NCBI GenBank assembly: GCA_963664115.2 | Contig: CAXWPJ010000009.1 | Location: 832,001-896,000 of the forward strand | Direction of reading: 5' to 3' | DNA: 64,000 bases | Source: Terriglobia bacterium | GTDB lineage: Bacteria > Acidobacteriota > Terriglobia > 20CM-2-55-15 | Made by a program: the position numbers and the translations under genes | Notes under the pieces: generated by a model | What the model was told of the DNA's origin: nothing | What the model saw: the letters and a program-made list of their open reading frames with translations, nothing else | Databases searched by the model: none | Shown here: in pieces, positions 32,194 to 42,567 of the stretch | Layout: each line of letters opens with the position of its first letter | How positions within the stretch are numbered: position 1 is the first letter of the stretch

Positions 32194-32259
32194 ATTGGGG
32201 TCAGAGCCCTATTTACCGAATTCTTTAGAAATTGCGAATATAGGGCTCTGACCCCAATT
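32193..32259. repeat. 20-bp perfect inverted repeat (REP-like)
   Basis: AATTGGGGTCAGAGCCCTAT ... ATAGGGCTCTGACCCCAATT. Confidence 0.8.
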
Positions 32260-32260
32260 G

Positions 32261-32290
32261 TTGACACCCTGGTTCAAACACCAGTAAAAT
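32261..32290 (+). promoter_or_regulatory. Sigma-70 promoter for rplU-rpmA
   Basis: TTGACA-18 nt-TAAAAT upstream of rplU. Confidence 0.65.
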
Positions 32291-32323
32291 TGGGTTTTGG
32301 CCATTCGGGAGGATTTACTTCAG

Positions 32324-32635
32324 ATGTACGCAGTCATACGCTCTGGCGGTAAACAGCACCGCGTCGAACCCGGCAGCAAGTTGAGGGTTGAGAAACTTGA
32401 GGGCAAGGTGGGTTCTAATATCGTTTTGAAAGAAGTGTTGATGGTCGAAAACGAGGGCACGGTGACCATTGGCGAACCCCTGATACCCAAAGCCAAGATC
32501 AAGGCAACGGTGCTTGACCAGGATCGTGCAAAGAAGATTATCGTCTTCAAGAAAAAGGTCAAGAAACAGTACCGGCGAACCAATGGCCACCGGCAGTTGT
32601 TTACGGAATTGAGGATAGACGAGATCAAGTTGTAG
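32324..32635 (+). CDS. rplU: 50S ribosomal protein L21
   Basis: [14 protein letters not shown] ... GHRQLFT. Confidence 0.96.
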   Translation: MYAVIRSGGKQHRVEPGSKLRVEKLEGKVGSNIVLKEVLMVENEGTVTIGEPLIPKAKIKATVLDQDRAKKIIVFKKKVKKQYRRTNGHRQLFTELRIDEIKL

Positions 32636-32646
32636 GAGTCGAAGTT

Positions 32647-32901
32647 ATGGCGCATAAAAAAGGCGTTGGCAGTTCACGAAACGGGCGAGACAGCAACTCC
32701 CAGCGTTTGGGCGTAAAGCGCTTCGCTGGCGAATTTGTCACCGGCGGTTCGATCATCGTTCGACAACGCGGTACGCGCTTCAAGCCCGGCTTGAACGTCG
32801 GCAAAGGCCGCGACGACACCTTGTTCGCCAAAATTACAGGCATTGTCCAGTTCAGAGACCGCGGACGCCTGGGCCGTTTCATCAGCGTCGAAGCGACTTA
32901 G
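32647..32901 (+). CDS. rpmA: 50S ribosomal protein L27
   Basis: [16 protein letters not shown]. Confidence 0.98.
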   Translation: MAHKKGVGSSRNGRDSNSQRLGVKRFAGEFVTGGSIIVRQRGTRFKPGLNVGKGRDDTLFAKITGIVQFRDRGRLGRFISVEAT

Positions 32902-32947
32902 AATTAGCGCTGACACCGGCCTGCCGGATGGCGGATTCGAAAATTTC

Positions 32948-32980
32948 AGAGCCAGGGTTCCGAAAGGCCCTGGCTCTTTT
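32948..32980 (+). terminator. Rho-independent terminator
   Basis: AGAGCCAGGG...CCCTGGCTCT stem followed by a T tract after rpmA. Confidence 0.7.
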
Positions 32981-33081
32981 GCTTGGGCCGCACAGAATCC
33001 CTGACTCGAAGGCTATGACTCAGAGGCTATGAGCTAAGAGTTCTGGACTTTTAACGCTTAACTCATAACTCTTAACGGACC

Positions 33082-34095
33082 ATGTTCATCGACGAAGCCA
33101 AGATCACACTCCAGGCCGGCAACGGCGGTAAGGGGTGCATCGCCTTCCGGAGAGAGAAGTTTGTTCCAAGGGGCGGTCCCAGCGGCGGCAATGGCGGTCG
33201 CGGTGGAGACATTTACCTGCTGTCGACCCCCCACGAAAACACCCTGCTCAAGTTCCGCTATAACCCGATCTTCCGGGCCGAACGCGGCCGGCATGGGGAA
33301 GGCAGCGACAGACACGGACGGAGTGCGGATGACATGGTCATTACGGTGCCGGTCGGAACACTGGTGTATGAAACAACCACGGGAGCCCTCTTGCATGATT
33401 TCGACCGTCCCGACGATCGCTGGTTGGCCGCTCCCGGTGGCAGGGGCGGGCACGGAAACGCGCACTATGCGACGCCTACCAACCGCGCTCCAAAGAAGGC
33501 GCAGGACGGACAACCGGGTGCAGAAAAGAAATTCAGATTCGAGCTCAAGCTATTGGCCGACGTGGGCCTTGTCGGATTTCCCAACGCGGGTAAGTCGACT
33601 TTGATCTCGACGATTTCGGCGGCACATCCCAAGGTCGCGAGCTATCCATTCACCACTCTTGAACCCAGCCTCGGTGTTGTTTCAGTGAGCGACATTGAGA
33701 CCTTCATCGTGGCGGACATCCCGGGATTGATCGCTGGCGCGCACGTTGGTCACGGCCTGGGACTTCAATTCCTCAGACACATAGAAAGAACACGGCTGCT
33801 TCTATACCTTATAGATGTGTCTGTCGGTAACGATGAGGACCCGGTCGAGCAGGTGAAGGTGTTGCGCGCGGAACTGGAACAGCATGACCGACAACTGGTT
33901 CAAAAACCGAGCATGATCGTCGCATCAAAGATCGATATCGTGGACGAGGAACGCATCACCGGGCTCGAGCAATGGTGTGGACAGGAAAATGTGGAGTCCG
34001 TTAGAATTTCCTCAGTCGCCGGCACGGGACTTGATGAATTGAAGCGCGCAGTTTTCTCTAAGCTCAGGTCTATGGAAGAACCCGTACAATTGTGA
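33082..34095 (+). CDS. obgE: GTPase ObgE
   Basis: [33 protein letters not shown]. Confidence 0.97.
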   Translation: MFIDEAKITLQAGNGGKGCIAFRREKFVPRGGPSGGNGGRGGDIYLLSTPHENTLLKFRYNPIFRAERGRHGEGSDRHGRSADDMVITVPVGTLVYETTTGALLHDFDRPDDRWLAAPGGRGGHGNAHYATPTNRAPKKAQDGQPGAEKKFRFELKLLADVGLVGFPNAGKSTLISTISAAHPKVASYPFTTLEPSLGVVSVSDIETFIVADIPGLIAGAHVGHGLGLQFLRHIERTRLLLYLIDVSVGNDEDPVEQVKVLRAELEQHDRQLVQKPSMIVASKIDIVDEERITGLEQWCGQENVESVRISSVAGTGLDELKRAVFSKLRSMEEPVQL

Positions 34096-34709
34096 GAATA
34101 GCCATTCTTGGCGGGACCTTCGATCCCATTCACAACGGCCATCTACAAGCTGCCCAGGCGGTCTCTGAGGTCTTCGAACTTGATGAACTTCACTTCACTC
34201 CAGCTTTTGTTCCACCACACAAATCCTCTTCGGGGATTACTTCAGCGTTCCATCGATTCGCGATGGTCGCACTCGCAATCGCACAATTTCCTGTATTCCG
34301 TCTATCCTCCATCGAAGCGGACACCTTGAAGTCGCGTTACTCTGTGGAAACACTGGAATCGATGCATCGCACATATCCCGGCTCTTCTTTTCTGTTCATA
34401 GCCGGAACCGACATGTTTCATGACATCACAGGGTGGAAAGACTATCGGCGTTTGTTGGAACTGACGAGTTTTGCCGTTGTAAACCGCGGAGGCTTTGCGA
34501 TGCGTGAAGACATTGCGCCTGTTGAGGTCGTGTCTGAATCTGCGTCAATTTCCATAGTGGACCAACGACAGGTTTACTATCTGCCGTTCATAAATGAAGA
34601 AGTTTCGGCCACGGAGATTCGGGAAGAGGCAAAGAACAAAGAAGGCCTTGAAGCCTGGGTTCCGCCGCAGGTTGCGGCCTATATCTATAAACACGAACTG
34701 TATCAGTAA
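34092..34709 (+). CDS. nadD: Nicotinate-nucleotide adenylyltransferase
   Basis: [21 protein letters not shown]. Confidence 0.95.
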   Translation: MRIAILGGTFDPIHNGHLQAAQAVSEVFELDELHFTPAFVPPHKSSSGITSAFHRFAMVALAIAQFPVFRLSSIEADTLKSRYSVETLESMHRTYPGSSFLFIAGTDMFHDITGWKDYRRLLELTSFAVVNRGGFAMREDIAPVEVVSESASISIVDQRQVYYLPFINEEVSATEIREEAKNKEGLEAWVPPQVAAYIYKHELYQ

Positions 34710-34720
34710 AGGAGTTTCCC

Positions 34721-35110
34721 ACGGCTCAATCTATACGCACAGACAAGCAAACATTAGATGCGAACGTCGAAGTGGCACTCGAAGCGGCCCTGGATAAGAA
34801 GGCCCGGAACCTCGTCGTCATCGACCTGGAAGGTATCTGCTCGTTTACGGACTATTTCATCATCTGCTCGGGAATGTCGACCCGGCAAACTCAATCGATC
34901 GCCGATGGCATCGAAGAGAAACTCAGAGACGCAGGCCTCCGGCCGTCACACATCGAAGGCCAGCGGGAAGGCGAATGGATCCTGGTCGACTATCTGGATT
35001 TCGTGGTGCACATCTTTACCGAAACCTCGCGTGAATTCTACGACCTTGAACGGCTATGGTGTGGAGGAAAACGGCGTGAAGTGAGGGACGAGGTCCAACA
35101 GCGCACATGA
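34721..35110 (+). CDS. rsfS: Ribosome silencing factor
   Basis: DKKA, FTDYFIICSG, WILVDY, FYDLERLW. Start is either ACG at 34721 after AAGGAG or GTG at 34772. Confidence 0.92.
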   Translation, partial: TAQSIRTDKQTLDANVEVALEAALDKKARNLVVIDLEGICSFTDYFIICSGMSTRQTQSIADGIEEKLRDAGLRPSHIEGQREGEWILVDYLDFVVHIFTETSREFYDLERLWCGGKRREVRDEVQQRT

Positions 35111-35153
35111 GGGTGTGACCGACCGGGGTGTTCCAAGGCAATGGTGCTTAATG

Positions 35154-35235
35154 TTTTTTAACACGAAGGCACGAAGGTAACGAAGGTAAGTCTTATCTTA
35201 GAAATCCAATCTTCGTGACCTTCGTGTTAAAACTC
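35154..35235. repeat. REP-like palindromic element (ACACGAAG family)
   Basis: TTTTTAACACGAAGGCACGAAG ... CTTCGTGACCTTCGTGTTAAAA. Confidence 0.8.
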
Positions 35236-35273
35236 CCCTCCTTCTCTTCATTCGTCACCGATCACTGCGGAAA

Positions 35274-35735
35274 ATGAAGCTTCGAATCCTATGGCTGGGC
35301 AAAACCAAGAACCCCAACCTCGCCGCCCTATGCGAGGAACTCGTCACACGTTCGAATCACTTCGTCGGCACTGAAATCACAGAGCTCAAAGAGCCCCGGG
35401 TCAAAGAAGAAAAGAAGCGGGTTGCGCTGGAGGGGGAACGATTGCTGTCGGTGATCGATCGCTCAGACTTCGTCGTGGCGCTGGACCCGCTCGGACGTTC
35501 TTACACATCCGATGCATTCTCCGGCTTTCTTGAAAAGCACATGACGGAGAACCCGCGCGACCTCGTCTTCGTCGTCGGGGGTCACGCCGGTCTTTCCGAT
35601 GCTGTCAAAAATAGAGCCAACCTGCTCTGGTCCCTGTCCCCACTGACCTACAGCCACGACCTGGCCCGCACCGTCCTGCTCGAACAGATCTACCGCGCCC
35701 TCACGATCATCCGCAACCTCCCTTACGCGCGGTAA
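35274..35735 (+). CDS. rlmH: 23S rRNA m3Psi1915 methyltransferase
   Basis: FVVGGHAGL, SLSPLTYSH, LLEQIYRA...PY. Follows rsfS. Confidence 0.93.
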   Translation: MKLRILWLGKTKNPNLAALCEELVTRSNHFVGTEITELKEPRVKEEKKRVALEGERLLSVIDRSDFVVALDPLGRSYTSDAFSGFLEKHMTENPRDLVFVVGGHAGLSDAVKNRANLLWSLSPLTYSHDLARTVLLEQIYRALTIIRNLPYAR

Positions 35736-35745
35736 GAGAAGAAAT

Positions 35746-35814
35746 TTCACCGCAAAGGCGCAAAGACGCAAAGAAGATATATCTTCAGAAATCAGACCTT
35801 TGCGTCTTTGCGGT
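35746..35814. repeat. REP-like palindromic element (CGCAAAG variant)
   Basis: ACCGCAAAGGCGCAAAGACGCAAAG ... CTTTGCGTCTTTGCGGT. Confidence 0.7.
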
Positions 35815-35877
35815 CCAACTTCCGATCGGTTTCACCGTGGTATATTCACTGAGCCCTCCCTTTCCCGGTTACACCCT

Positions 35878-36612
35878 TTGCTCAATGCGGTTCTGAACCT
35901 TGTCTTTCCTATGGATTGCGTGGTGTGTGGGGAAGCGGCGAGGGATTGGCGCCGGTGGCCGCTGTGTGCCCGGTGTGAGGGAGGGTTCACAGCGCTCGAA
36001 GCGCCTTTCTGTCTTCGCTGCGGTCTGGGCGTAGCGGTGCCCGAAACACTGTGCGGCGCATGTCTTACCGAGCGAACGCAATTTGATCTCGGACGTTCGG
36101 CCCTCGTCTTCGACCCCCGGCTCCGCCAGGTTATTCATCACTTCAAGTACAATGACCGCGTCTCTCTGGCGCGGCCCCTGGGACGAGCGCTGCTGGCGTG
36201 TCTCCGGCGCGAACACTTCACTGCCGAGTGCGTTGTGGCTGTCCCGCTGCATCGGTCCCGGGAGATGGGACGCGGTTACAACCAGGCGGCTCTTCTGGCA
36301 GCGCGGCTCTGCCTTCGCTCCGAGCCCGATATGATTCGACGCCGGAAGAACACGGAGAGCCAGACCGGCTTGTCACGTGCACAACGGCTGGGAAATGTCC
36401 GGGGCGCGTTTGAGTGTCGACGACGGGTGAAGGGTACAGTCCTCGTCGTGGACGACGTGGCCACGACAGGTGCAACGCTCAACGAGGTCACCCGCGTACT
36501 CAAGAGAGCTGGCGCTTCGAGGGTGGAAGTCATAACGGTCGCGCGGGCGGGGCAGCAACAGTGGTCAGTGACAAGTGATGAAAGTGAAGAAAGAGAAGAA
36601 GGGGATTTTTAA
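35878..36612 (+). CDS. ComF family protein (start uncertain)
   Basis: CxxC zinc ribbons, VPLH, RGYNQA, VVDDVATTGAT PRTase motif. Confidence 0.88.
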   Translation: MLNAVLNLVFPMDCVVCGEAARDWRRWPLCARCEGGFTALEAPFCLRCGLGVAVPETLCGACLTERTQFDLGRSALVFDPRLRQVIHHFKYNDRVSLARPLGRALLACLRREHFTAECVVAVPLHRSREMGRGYNQAALLAARLCLRSEPDMIRRRKNTESQTGLSRAQRLGNVRGAFECRRRVKGTVLVVDDVATTGATLNEVTRVLKRAGASRVEVITVARAGQQQWSVTSDESEEREEGDF

Positions 36613-36678
36613 CACGAAGAACGCGACGGTAAATCTTATCTAACAAATCCAGACTTCGTGACCTTCGTGTTGAACTCT
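36604..36678. repeat. REP-like palindromic element (ACACGAAG family)
   Basis: TTTTTAACACGAAG ... CTTCGTGACCTTCGTGTTGAA between convergent comF and lpxC. Confidence 0.75.
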
Positions 36679-36695
36679 TAGTCTTAAACTTGGTC

Positions 36696-37565
36696 TTACT
36701 TCCCGGTCGCCACCATGCTTCCCGCTTCCCGCGTCCAGTGGTCCGTGCTTTCAAGCAGGCCGGCGACGAACCGGGTGTGCAGGGCGTGGCCGGCGCGGTT
36801 TGCAACCAGGCGGCCCAGAACGGGCTGACCGATCAGCGCGAAGTCGCCGAGAAGATCGAGAATTTTGTGGCGGACAAATTCGTCGGTGAAGCGAAGTGGT
36901 TCTTCGTTGAGCATGCCCGTATCGGTCAAAACGATCGCGTTTTCCAACGATCCGCCGCGGATGAGACCGCTGTTCTGGAGTGCAGCAATGTCACTCTGGA
37001 AACCGAACGTTCGCGCCGCGGCGATGGACGCCGCATATCCGTCTTCGTTACATTCGAGTGAAAGGCTTTGAGGACCGATGAAAGGATGCTCGAAATCGAT
37101 GTCGCACTCGATCGAGAAATTGTCTGCCGGATATATCGCGAGAGACTTCCCGTTTTCCTCGACAGAAAATTCACGGGTGATGCGTATGTACTCGCGAGGC
37201 CTGTCCTGCTCCAGGAACCCGACTCGGGCAATTTCGTCGGTAAACGGCCGGGCACTGCCGTCCAGAATTGGAACTTCAAGGTTGTCCATATCGACATAGG
37301 CGTTGTCGACACCGATGCCATACAACGCGGACAAGATATGTTCGACGGTAGAAATCCAGACACCTTTTTCCATCAGGGTCGTCGCGTAAGCGACGCGCGC
37401 TACCGAAGACACGTCAGCCGGAATTTCGAAATTGTCGAGGTCGACACGGCGAAAGATGATGCCGGTACCCGCCGGTGCGGGCAGTACGGTCATGTCAACC
37501 GACTCGCCGGTGTGAAGGCCAACGCCGGAAAAAGATATCGAGCCGGCAAGCGTGCGTTCGTTCAT
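36696..37565 (-). CDS. lpxC: UDP-3-O-acyl-GlcNAc deacetylase
   Basis: GVGLHTG, STVEHILSAL, ARTFGF, HKILDLLGD. Confidence 0.96.
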   Translation of the reverse strand: MNERTLAGSISFSGVGLHTGESVDMTVLPAPAGTGIIFRRVDLDNFEIPADVSSVARVAYATTLMEKGVWISTVEHILSALYGIGVDNAYVDMDNLEVPILDGSARPFTDEIARVGFLEQDRPREYIRITREFSVEENGKSLAIYPADNFSIECDIDFEHPFIGPQSLSLECNEDGYAASIAAARTFGFQSDIAALQNSGLIRGGSLENAIVLTDTGMLNEEPLRFTDEFVRHKILDLLGDFALIGQPVLGRLVANRAGHALHTRFVAGLLESTDHWTREAGSMVATGK

Positions 37566-37678
37566 ACGTCGCTCGATATGCAATCGATGGGCCGAACAAT
37601 CTCTTTGCGAAGATTCAAGGACTTAAGACCGAACGCCGCGCGACGACTGTGGACTCCAGTCCACACTTGTGTGCAGAT

Positions 37679-40186
37679 ATGATCAAAAGGCCGCTCATCC
37701 TCATCGTCGATGCGATGTCCCAGGTGTACCGCGCCTACTATGCGATCCGCGGACTCACAAACGCGGAGGGGGTACCCACCAACGCCACCTACGGTTTCGC
37801 CCTCATGCTGAACCGTGTGCTCGGGAAGTTTCCGCCCGACTACATCGCCATGGTGTTCGATTCGAGCGAACCCACACCCAGACACATCCGCTATCCCGAA
37901 TACAAGGCCACACGTGAGCGGATGCCGGACGACCTTGGGGAGCAAATTCCCTACATCAAGGGGCTGTGTACGGCGATGAATGTCCCCATGCTGGAGGTTG
38001 CCGGTCAGGAAGCCGACGATGTCATCGGCACGCTCGCCCGGCGCGCGGCCGGGGAAAACATACACCCTGTCATCGTCACGATCGACAAGGACATGATGCA
38101 GTTGGTGACCGAGGACACCGTCGTGTTGAACACGTCGCGCGACGATCTTGTGATCGGCCCCGAACAGGTCAAAGAATTATTCGGCGTCACTCCGGCGCAG
38201 ATTCCTGACCTCCTCGGCTTGTGGGGCGATGCCTCCGACAACATCCCCGGAGCCCCCGGCATCGGTGAAAAAGGCGCCAAGGCTCTGATCGCCCGCTTCG
38301 GTTCAATAGAAGCCTGCCTCGAACATGCGGCAGAAGTCACGGCCAAAAGGCGGCGGGAATCCCTGCTCAACAACCGCGATCAGATCCTCCTGAGCAAGGA
38401 ACTGGTCGTCATCGATACAGCAGTGGAATTTGACGTGGACTGGGAACAGCTCAAGACCCGGCCTCCCGATCAGGACGCGCTGGTCACTCTGCTTCGAGAG
38501 CTGGATTTTACAAGCCTTCTGAAAGCACAGCTCGAGGCGGCCGATACAGTGGAGCCCGAATCGGCGGCTATCGAAGTCGTTCAGACTGATGACACGGAGC
38601 GCATTGGAGACTCCTTCGCCTTCGCGCTCAGTGAAGACCGGCTTCTGGCATGGACCGGCGACGGGCCCATTTATGAATTCGATTCAGATAAGACACGCGC
38701 GTTGCTTGGCGATCCGGATAAACAGAAGGTGGCACACAACCTGAAAGCGGCCATGCTCGAACTCAATCGCCGCGGCATCAGTCTGGTTCCACCCTATGAC
38801 GATTCGATGTTGATGGCCTTCCTGTTGATGCCGAACCGCGGTAAGTACACGATCGCCGAACTGGTCAACGAGCTTTTCGGCCAGAGCGCGGCCGAAAGCG
38901 ATGTGAATTGGGTTCATCGTCTCCATGACGATCTACGCCCGAAGATCCGGCAGGATCTTGAGGACCTCTACACGCGCATCGAGCTCCCCCTGGTACCGGT
39001 TCTCGCCGCGATGGAAGAGACCGGCATCCTTTTAGATGTCCCGGTTCTCGAATCGATGTCGGAAATCATAGCCGTAGAAATCGAAGGACTCACCGCAGCC
39101 ATATACGAGCTGGCCGGTGAAGAGTTCAACATCAACTCGCCGAAACAACTGGGGACCATCCTGTTTGAAAAGCTGAACCTCCCGCCTTCCAGAAAATTGA
39201 GAAAATCAGGCCAGTACTCCACCGCCGTCGAAGTCCTTGAAGCACTGGCCGAAAACTACGAACTGCCCCGGCTGATTCTCGAATACCGGCAACGGGCGAA
39301 GTTCAAGTCGACCTACGTGGACGTCTTGCCCAAACTTATCGACAGCGATCAAGGCCGACTGCACACGTCGTTCAACCAGACAGGCGCAGCCACGGGGCGT
39401 CTGTCGTCGAGCGACCCCAATCTTCAGAATATTCCGGTGCGAACCCAGATGGGCCGGGACATTCGGGCGGCGTTCATACCCAGAAGCGGAACCACGATGT
39501 TCTCGGCCGACTACTCCCAGGTCGAGTTGCGCGTCCTGGCACACTTGTCCGGTGACACCAATCTGATCGAAGCGTTTCTAGCCGGTGCCGACATCCATCG
39601 CAGCACCGCAGCGGAGGTTCTGGGAATCGCCGCCGACCGAGTCACCTCGGATCAGCGAAGCCGCGCCAAGGCCATCAACTTCGGCATCGTCTACGGCCAG
39701 ACACCCTACGGCCTGGCCAAACAACTGGGCATCAGCCGGGACGAAGCCGAGGCGTTCATCGACCGCTACTTCAATCGCTACCCCCACGTGCGGGCCTACA
39801 TCGAAGACGCCCTGTCCGACGCCCGCGAAACCGGCCAGACCCACACCCTGTTCGGCCGCATCCGGCAGATTCCCGAAATCAATTCAAAGAACGGCATGCG
39901 CCGCAGCATGGCCGAACGCATGGCGATCAACGCGCCGATCCAGGGCACAGCGGCCGACATCATCAAGCTGGCCATGATACGCATCCACGACGAGATCCGG
40001 CGACGCAAACTGGAAACTCAGATGGTCCTCCAGGTTCACGACGAACTGATCTTTGAAGTGCCCGAAAATGAAATGGAAGTGGTCGCCCAGGTCCGCGATT
40101 GGATGTCCGGCGTCGCCGATCTGAAAGTGCCTCTGGTCGTGGATACGAAGGTGGGACCGAACTGGCGTGATATGAATACCGTCTAG
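37679..40186 (+). CDS. polA: DNA polymerase I
   Basis: 5'-3' exonuclease (EADDVIGT, DNIPG), TGRLSS.DPNLQNIP, DYSQVELR, KAINFGIVYG, QVHDEL. Confidence 0.97.
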   Translation: MIKRPLILIVDAMSQVYRAYYAIRGLTNAEGVPTNATYGFALMLNRVLGKFPPDYIAMVFDSSEPTPRHIRYPEYKATRERMPDDLGEQIPYIKGLCTAMNVPMLEVAGQEADDVIGTLARRAAGENIHPVIVTIDKDMMQLVTEDTVVLNTSRDDLVIGPEQVKELFGVTPAQIPDLLGLWGDASDNIPGAPGIGEKGAKALIARFGSIEACLEHAAEVTAKRRRESLLNNRDQILLSKELVVIDTAVEFDVDWEQLKTRPPDQDALVTLLRELDFTSLLKAQLEAADTVEPESAAIEVVQTDDTERIGDSFAFALSEDRLLAWTGDGPIYEFDSDKTRALLGDPDKQKVAHNLKAAMLELNRRGISLVPPYDDSMLMAFLLMPNRGKYTIAELVNELFGQSAAESDVNWVHRLHDDLRPKIRQDLEDLYTRIELPLVPVLAAMEETGILLDVPVLESMSEIIAVEIEGLTAAIYELAGEEFNINSPKQLGTILFEKLNLPPSRKLRKSGQYSTAVEVLEALAENYELPRLILEYRQRAKFKSTYVDVLPKLIDSDQGRLHTSFNQTGAATGRLSSSDPNLQNIPVRTQMGRDIRAAFIPRSGTTMFSADYSQVELRVLAHLSGDTNLIEAFLAGADIHRSTAAEVLGIAADRVTSDQRSRAKAINFGIVYGQTPYGLAKQLGISRDEAEAFIDRYFNRYPHVRAYIEDALSDARETGQTHTLFGRIRQIPEINSKNGMRRSMAERMAINAPIQGTAADIIKLAMIRIHDEIRRRKLETQMVLQVHDELIFEVPENEMEVVAQVRDWMSGVADLKVPLVVDTKVGPNWRDMNTV

Positions 40187-40252
40187 GGCTTCGAACGAAT
40201 CTCGCCTTCGCAAGCAATATAAATCCTAACCGCCCTCGGCTACGGCCGCGCG

Positions 40253-40534
40253 TCAGACCGCAATATCAAGCAGCGCCTTGGGATTCTTATGAGCGATTTT
40301 CAGCAACGTACGGGCTGGGCCAGACGGACTCCGGCGGCCTTGTTCCCATTCCTGCAATGTGCGAACAGACACACCCAACAGCTTTGCAAATTCAGATTGC
40401 GAGAGGCCGACGCGCTCGCGGACTTCAGAAATCGGTGGAAAGGACGTGACGCGACCCACATCCCCACGCTTGAGCTGTCGCACTCCCTCCAGAATTTCCC
40501 GACCGATATCCCGATCTTTTCTATTTTCCGACAT
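40253..40534 (-). CDS. HTH (Xre/HigA-like) antitoxin
   Basis: GLSQSEFAKLLGVSVRTLQEWEQGRRSPSGPA. Downstream of a RelE-like gene. Confidence 0.88.
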   Translation of the reverse strand: MSENRKDRDIGREILEGVRQLKRGDVGRVTSFPPISEVRERVGLSQSEFAKLLGVSVRTLQEWEQGRRSPSGPARTLLKIAHKNPKALLDIAV

Positions 40535-40841
40535 CTTCCATTTCCTTCAATATCTGCCTCAGTATGTGGGCGGGTATGGTTTCGGCAACGCTCTTCGGAT
40601 ATACAGTTAGCATCCAGATAATCTCTTGCCGAGTCTTCAGCTAATAAATAATTCTTAAGCCACCCCGTTTCCCCTTTCCCGAAACAGCCCACCTCAGTTT
40701 CCGGATACCACCCGAACCTTTGATAATTCGACCCGCCTCGGGATTCTCCGCCAGCGCCGATTGGAGTTCCATGTACTCCCCATCGGAAAGGTACTCCTGG
40801 ATCAGGCGTGTAAACAGTGGTGTTTCCACGAAAGTAAACAC
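40521..40841 (-). pseudogene. RelE/HigB-family toxin with internal stop
   Basis: FVETPLF...GSGGIRKLRW...GKRGGLRIIY, then TAG at 40641-40643, then in-frame LKTRQEIIWMLTVYPKSV. Confidence 0.85.
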
Positions 40842-41084
40842 GGCCCGATTATACGGCAGAGACGTACATGCTGTCCATAAACGCTGATTGTGGCAGCTGA
40901 CAATCGATCCATTACGCCTGACAGGCGCGAAAAACATCAGTGGGCACGTCAACTCCTTGCAAGTAAGGACGTTTATGGCAGGCGACCGGTGCCCCCGCAC
41001 CCCCGTTTCAAGTTGACATCACACCAGCCACCTCATACGCTGAGCCTTCATCCGGCCATCGGTTAATTTAAGGAGAAGTCTGTC

Positions 41085-42365
41085 ATGCCCCGAATCCCCT
41101 TCTTGAGCACAAGCCTGTTTGCCGCGTTCCTGCTGCTGGTCTTGCCCCCGGCAAGCCTGTCAGCCCAATCGCTTCCCACAGCCCTACCCGAAGACGTCGG
41201 AATGTCTTCGGAGCGGCTCGAACGGCTGGGGGAAAACCTGCAGGCTTACGTCGACCGGGGAGAGATGGCCGGAAGCGTGGCAATCATCGTGCGGCACGGC
41301 AAGGTGGCCTACCTCGAAGCTTTCGGGCAGCAGGACATCGAAGCCGGACGGGAGATGGCCACCGACAGCATCTTCCGCATCGCATCTCAAACCAAGGCCA
41401 TCGTCACGACGGCCATCATGATGCTTCAGGAAGAAGGCAAGCTCCTGATCAGCGACAGGCTCGCCAACTTCATCCCGGAGTTTGCCCAGACCCGGGTCGC
41501 CGTGGCGCGGGAAGACGGCGGTTACGACATCGAGACCGGCCGGGCTATCACCTTGAGACATCTGATCACGCACACCTCAGGCATCAGCTACGGAACCGGG
41601 CCGGCAAGCGCGGAGTGGGACAAGGCGGGTTTCGAGCAGTGGTACTTTGCCGACAAAGACGAACCTATAGCCGAAACCGTCGCACGCATGGCAAGCCTGC
41701 CTTTTGACGCCCAACCCGGCGAGCGATGGATCTATGGCTACAACATCGACATCCTGGGCGCCGTCGTGGAGAAGGCCTCAGGCATGGCCTTGGACACCTA
41801 TCTGCAAACGCACATCTTCGACCCGCTGGGCATGAACAACACCCACTTCTATCTTCCCAATGACAAGCGGGACCAGTTCGCCGCGGTCTATGGCCGCACG
41901 CCGGGCGGCAAGCTGACGCGCGCGGAGGACTCGGGTGCGTGGACCGGACAGGGGGCCTACGTCGACGGCCCCCGAACGAGCTTCTCCGGCGGCGCCGGCC
42001 TGCTCTCAACCGCAAGCGACTACGCGCGATTTCTTCAGATGCTGCTCAACGGCGGCGCACTCGACGGCCGACGCCTCCTGAGTCCCACAACAGTGAATCT
42101 GATGGGGCAAAACCACATGGGTGACATACCGTTTCGCCCCGGACAAGGCTTCGGACTCGGATTCTCCGTGGTGACCGACGCCGGGGAACGCGGCGTGCCG
42201 GGTTCAGTCGGCGAGTTCGGGTGGGGCGGCGCATACCACTCCACGTACTGGGTGGATCCAGTGAACGACCTCCTCGTGGTCTATCTGACACAACTCCGGC
42301 CCTCGGGTGGAATCGACGACCGCGAGAAGATCCGAACGCTCGTTTACCAAGCCGTCATTGAATAA
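41085..42365 (+). CDS. Secreted serine hydrolase (beta-lactamase-like family)
   Basis: Signal peptide, FRIASQTK (SxxK), LITHTSG, WIYG, WGGAY. Confidence 0.88.
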   Translation: MPRIPFLSTSLFAAFLLLVLPPASLSAQSLPTALPEDVGMSSERLERLGENLQAYVDRGEMAGSVAIIVRHGKVAYLEAFGQQDIEAGREMATDSIFRIASQTKAIVTTAIMMLQEEGKLLISDRLANFIPEFAQTRVAVAREDGGYDIETGRAITLRHLITHTSGISYGTGPASAEWDKAGFEQWYFADKDEPIAETVARMASLPFDAQPGERWIYGYNIDILGAVVEKASGMALDTYLQTHIFDPLGMNNTHFYLPNDKRDQFAAVYGRTPGGKLTRAEDSGAWTGQGAYVDGPRTSFSGGAGLLSTASDYARFLQMLLNGGALDGRRLLSPTTVNLMGQNHMGDIPFRPGQGFGLGFSVVTDAGERGVPGSVGEFGWGGAYHSTYWVDPVNDLLVVYLTQLRPSGGIDDREKIRTLVYQAVIE

Positions 42366-42376
42366 AGACATGCTAT

Positions 42377-42406
42377 TTGACTGCGTTAATCCGCAAGCCG
42401 TAGAAT
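42377..42406 (+). promoter_or_regulatory. Sigma-70 promoter of tRNA-Val
   Basis: TTGACT-18 nt-TAGAAT just upstream of the tRNA. Confidence 0.6.
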
Positions 42407-42423
42407 CCTAGAACACCCTTAAA

Positions 42424-42496
42424 GGGCGCGTAGCTCAGTTGGAAGAGCACTACCTCGACACGGTAGGGGTCATCGGTTCGAGCCCGGTCGCGCCCA
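42424..42496 (+). tRNA. tRNA-Val(GAC), CCA not encoded
   Basis: GGGCGCG acceptor stem, TAGCTCAGTTGGAAGAGC D-arm, CTACC-TCGACAC-GGTAG anticodon arm, GGTTCGAGCCC T-arm. Confidence 0.95.
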
Positions 42497-42567
42497 TTCT
42501 CACTCACAGATCAAAAATAACTTAGGGATGCGCTTGACTGATCTGTGAAGCCGGTCAAAGCTGACGT

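Noticed and set aside
40641-40643. Stop-codon recoding (amber read-through) explaining in-frame TAGs here and at 52888
   Set aside because: TAG ends many normal genes in the window, and other toxins are broken by TAA, TGA and frameshifts.
41085-42365. Antibiotic-resistance beta-lactamase
   Set aside because: SxxK serine hydrolases of this type are mostly esterases or peptidases. Nothing specifically indicates AmpC.
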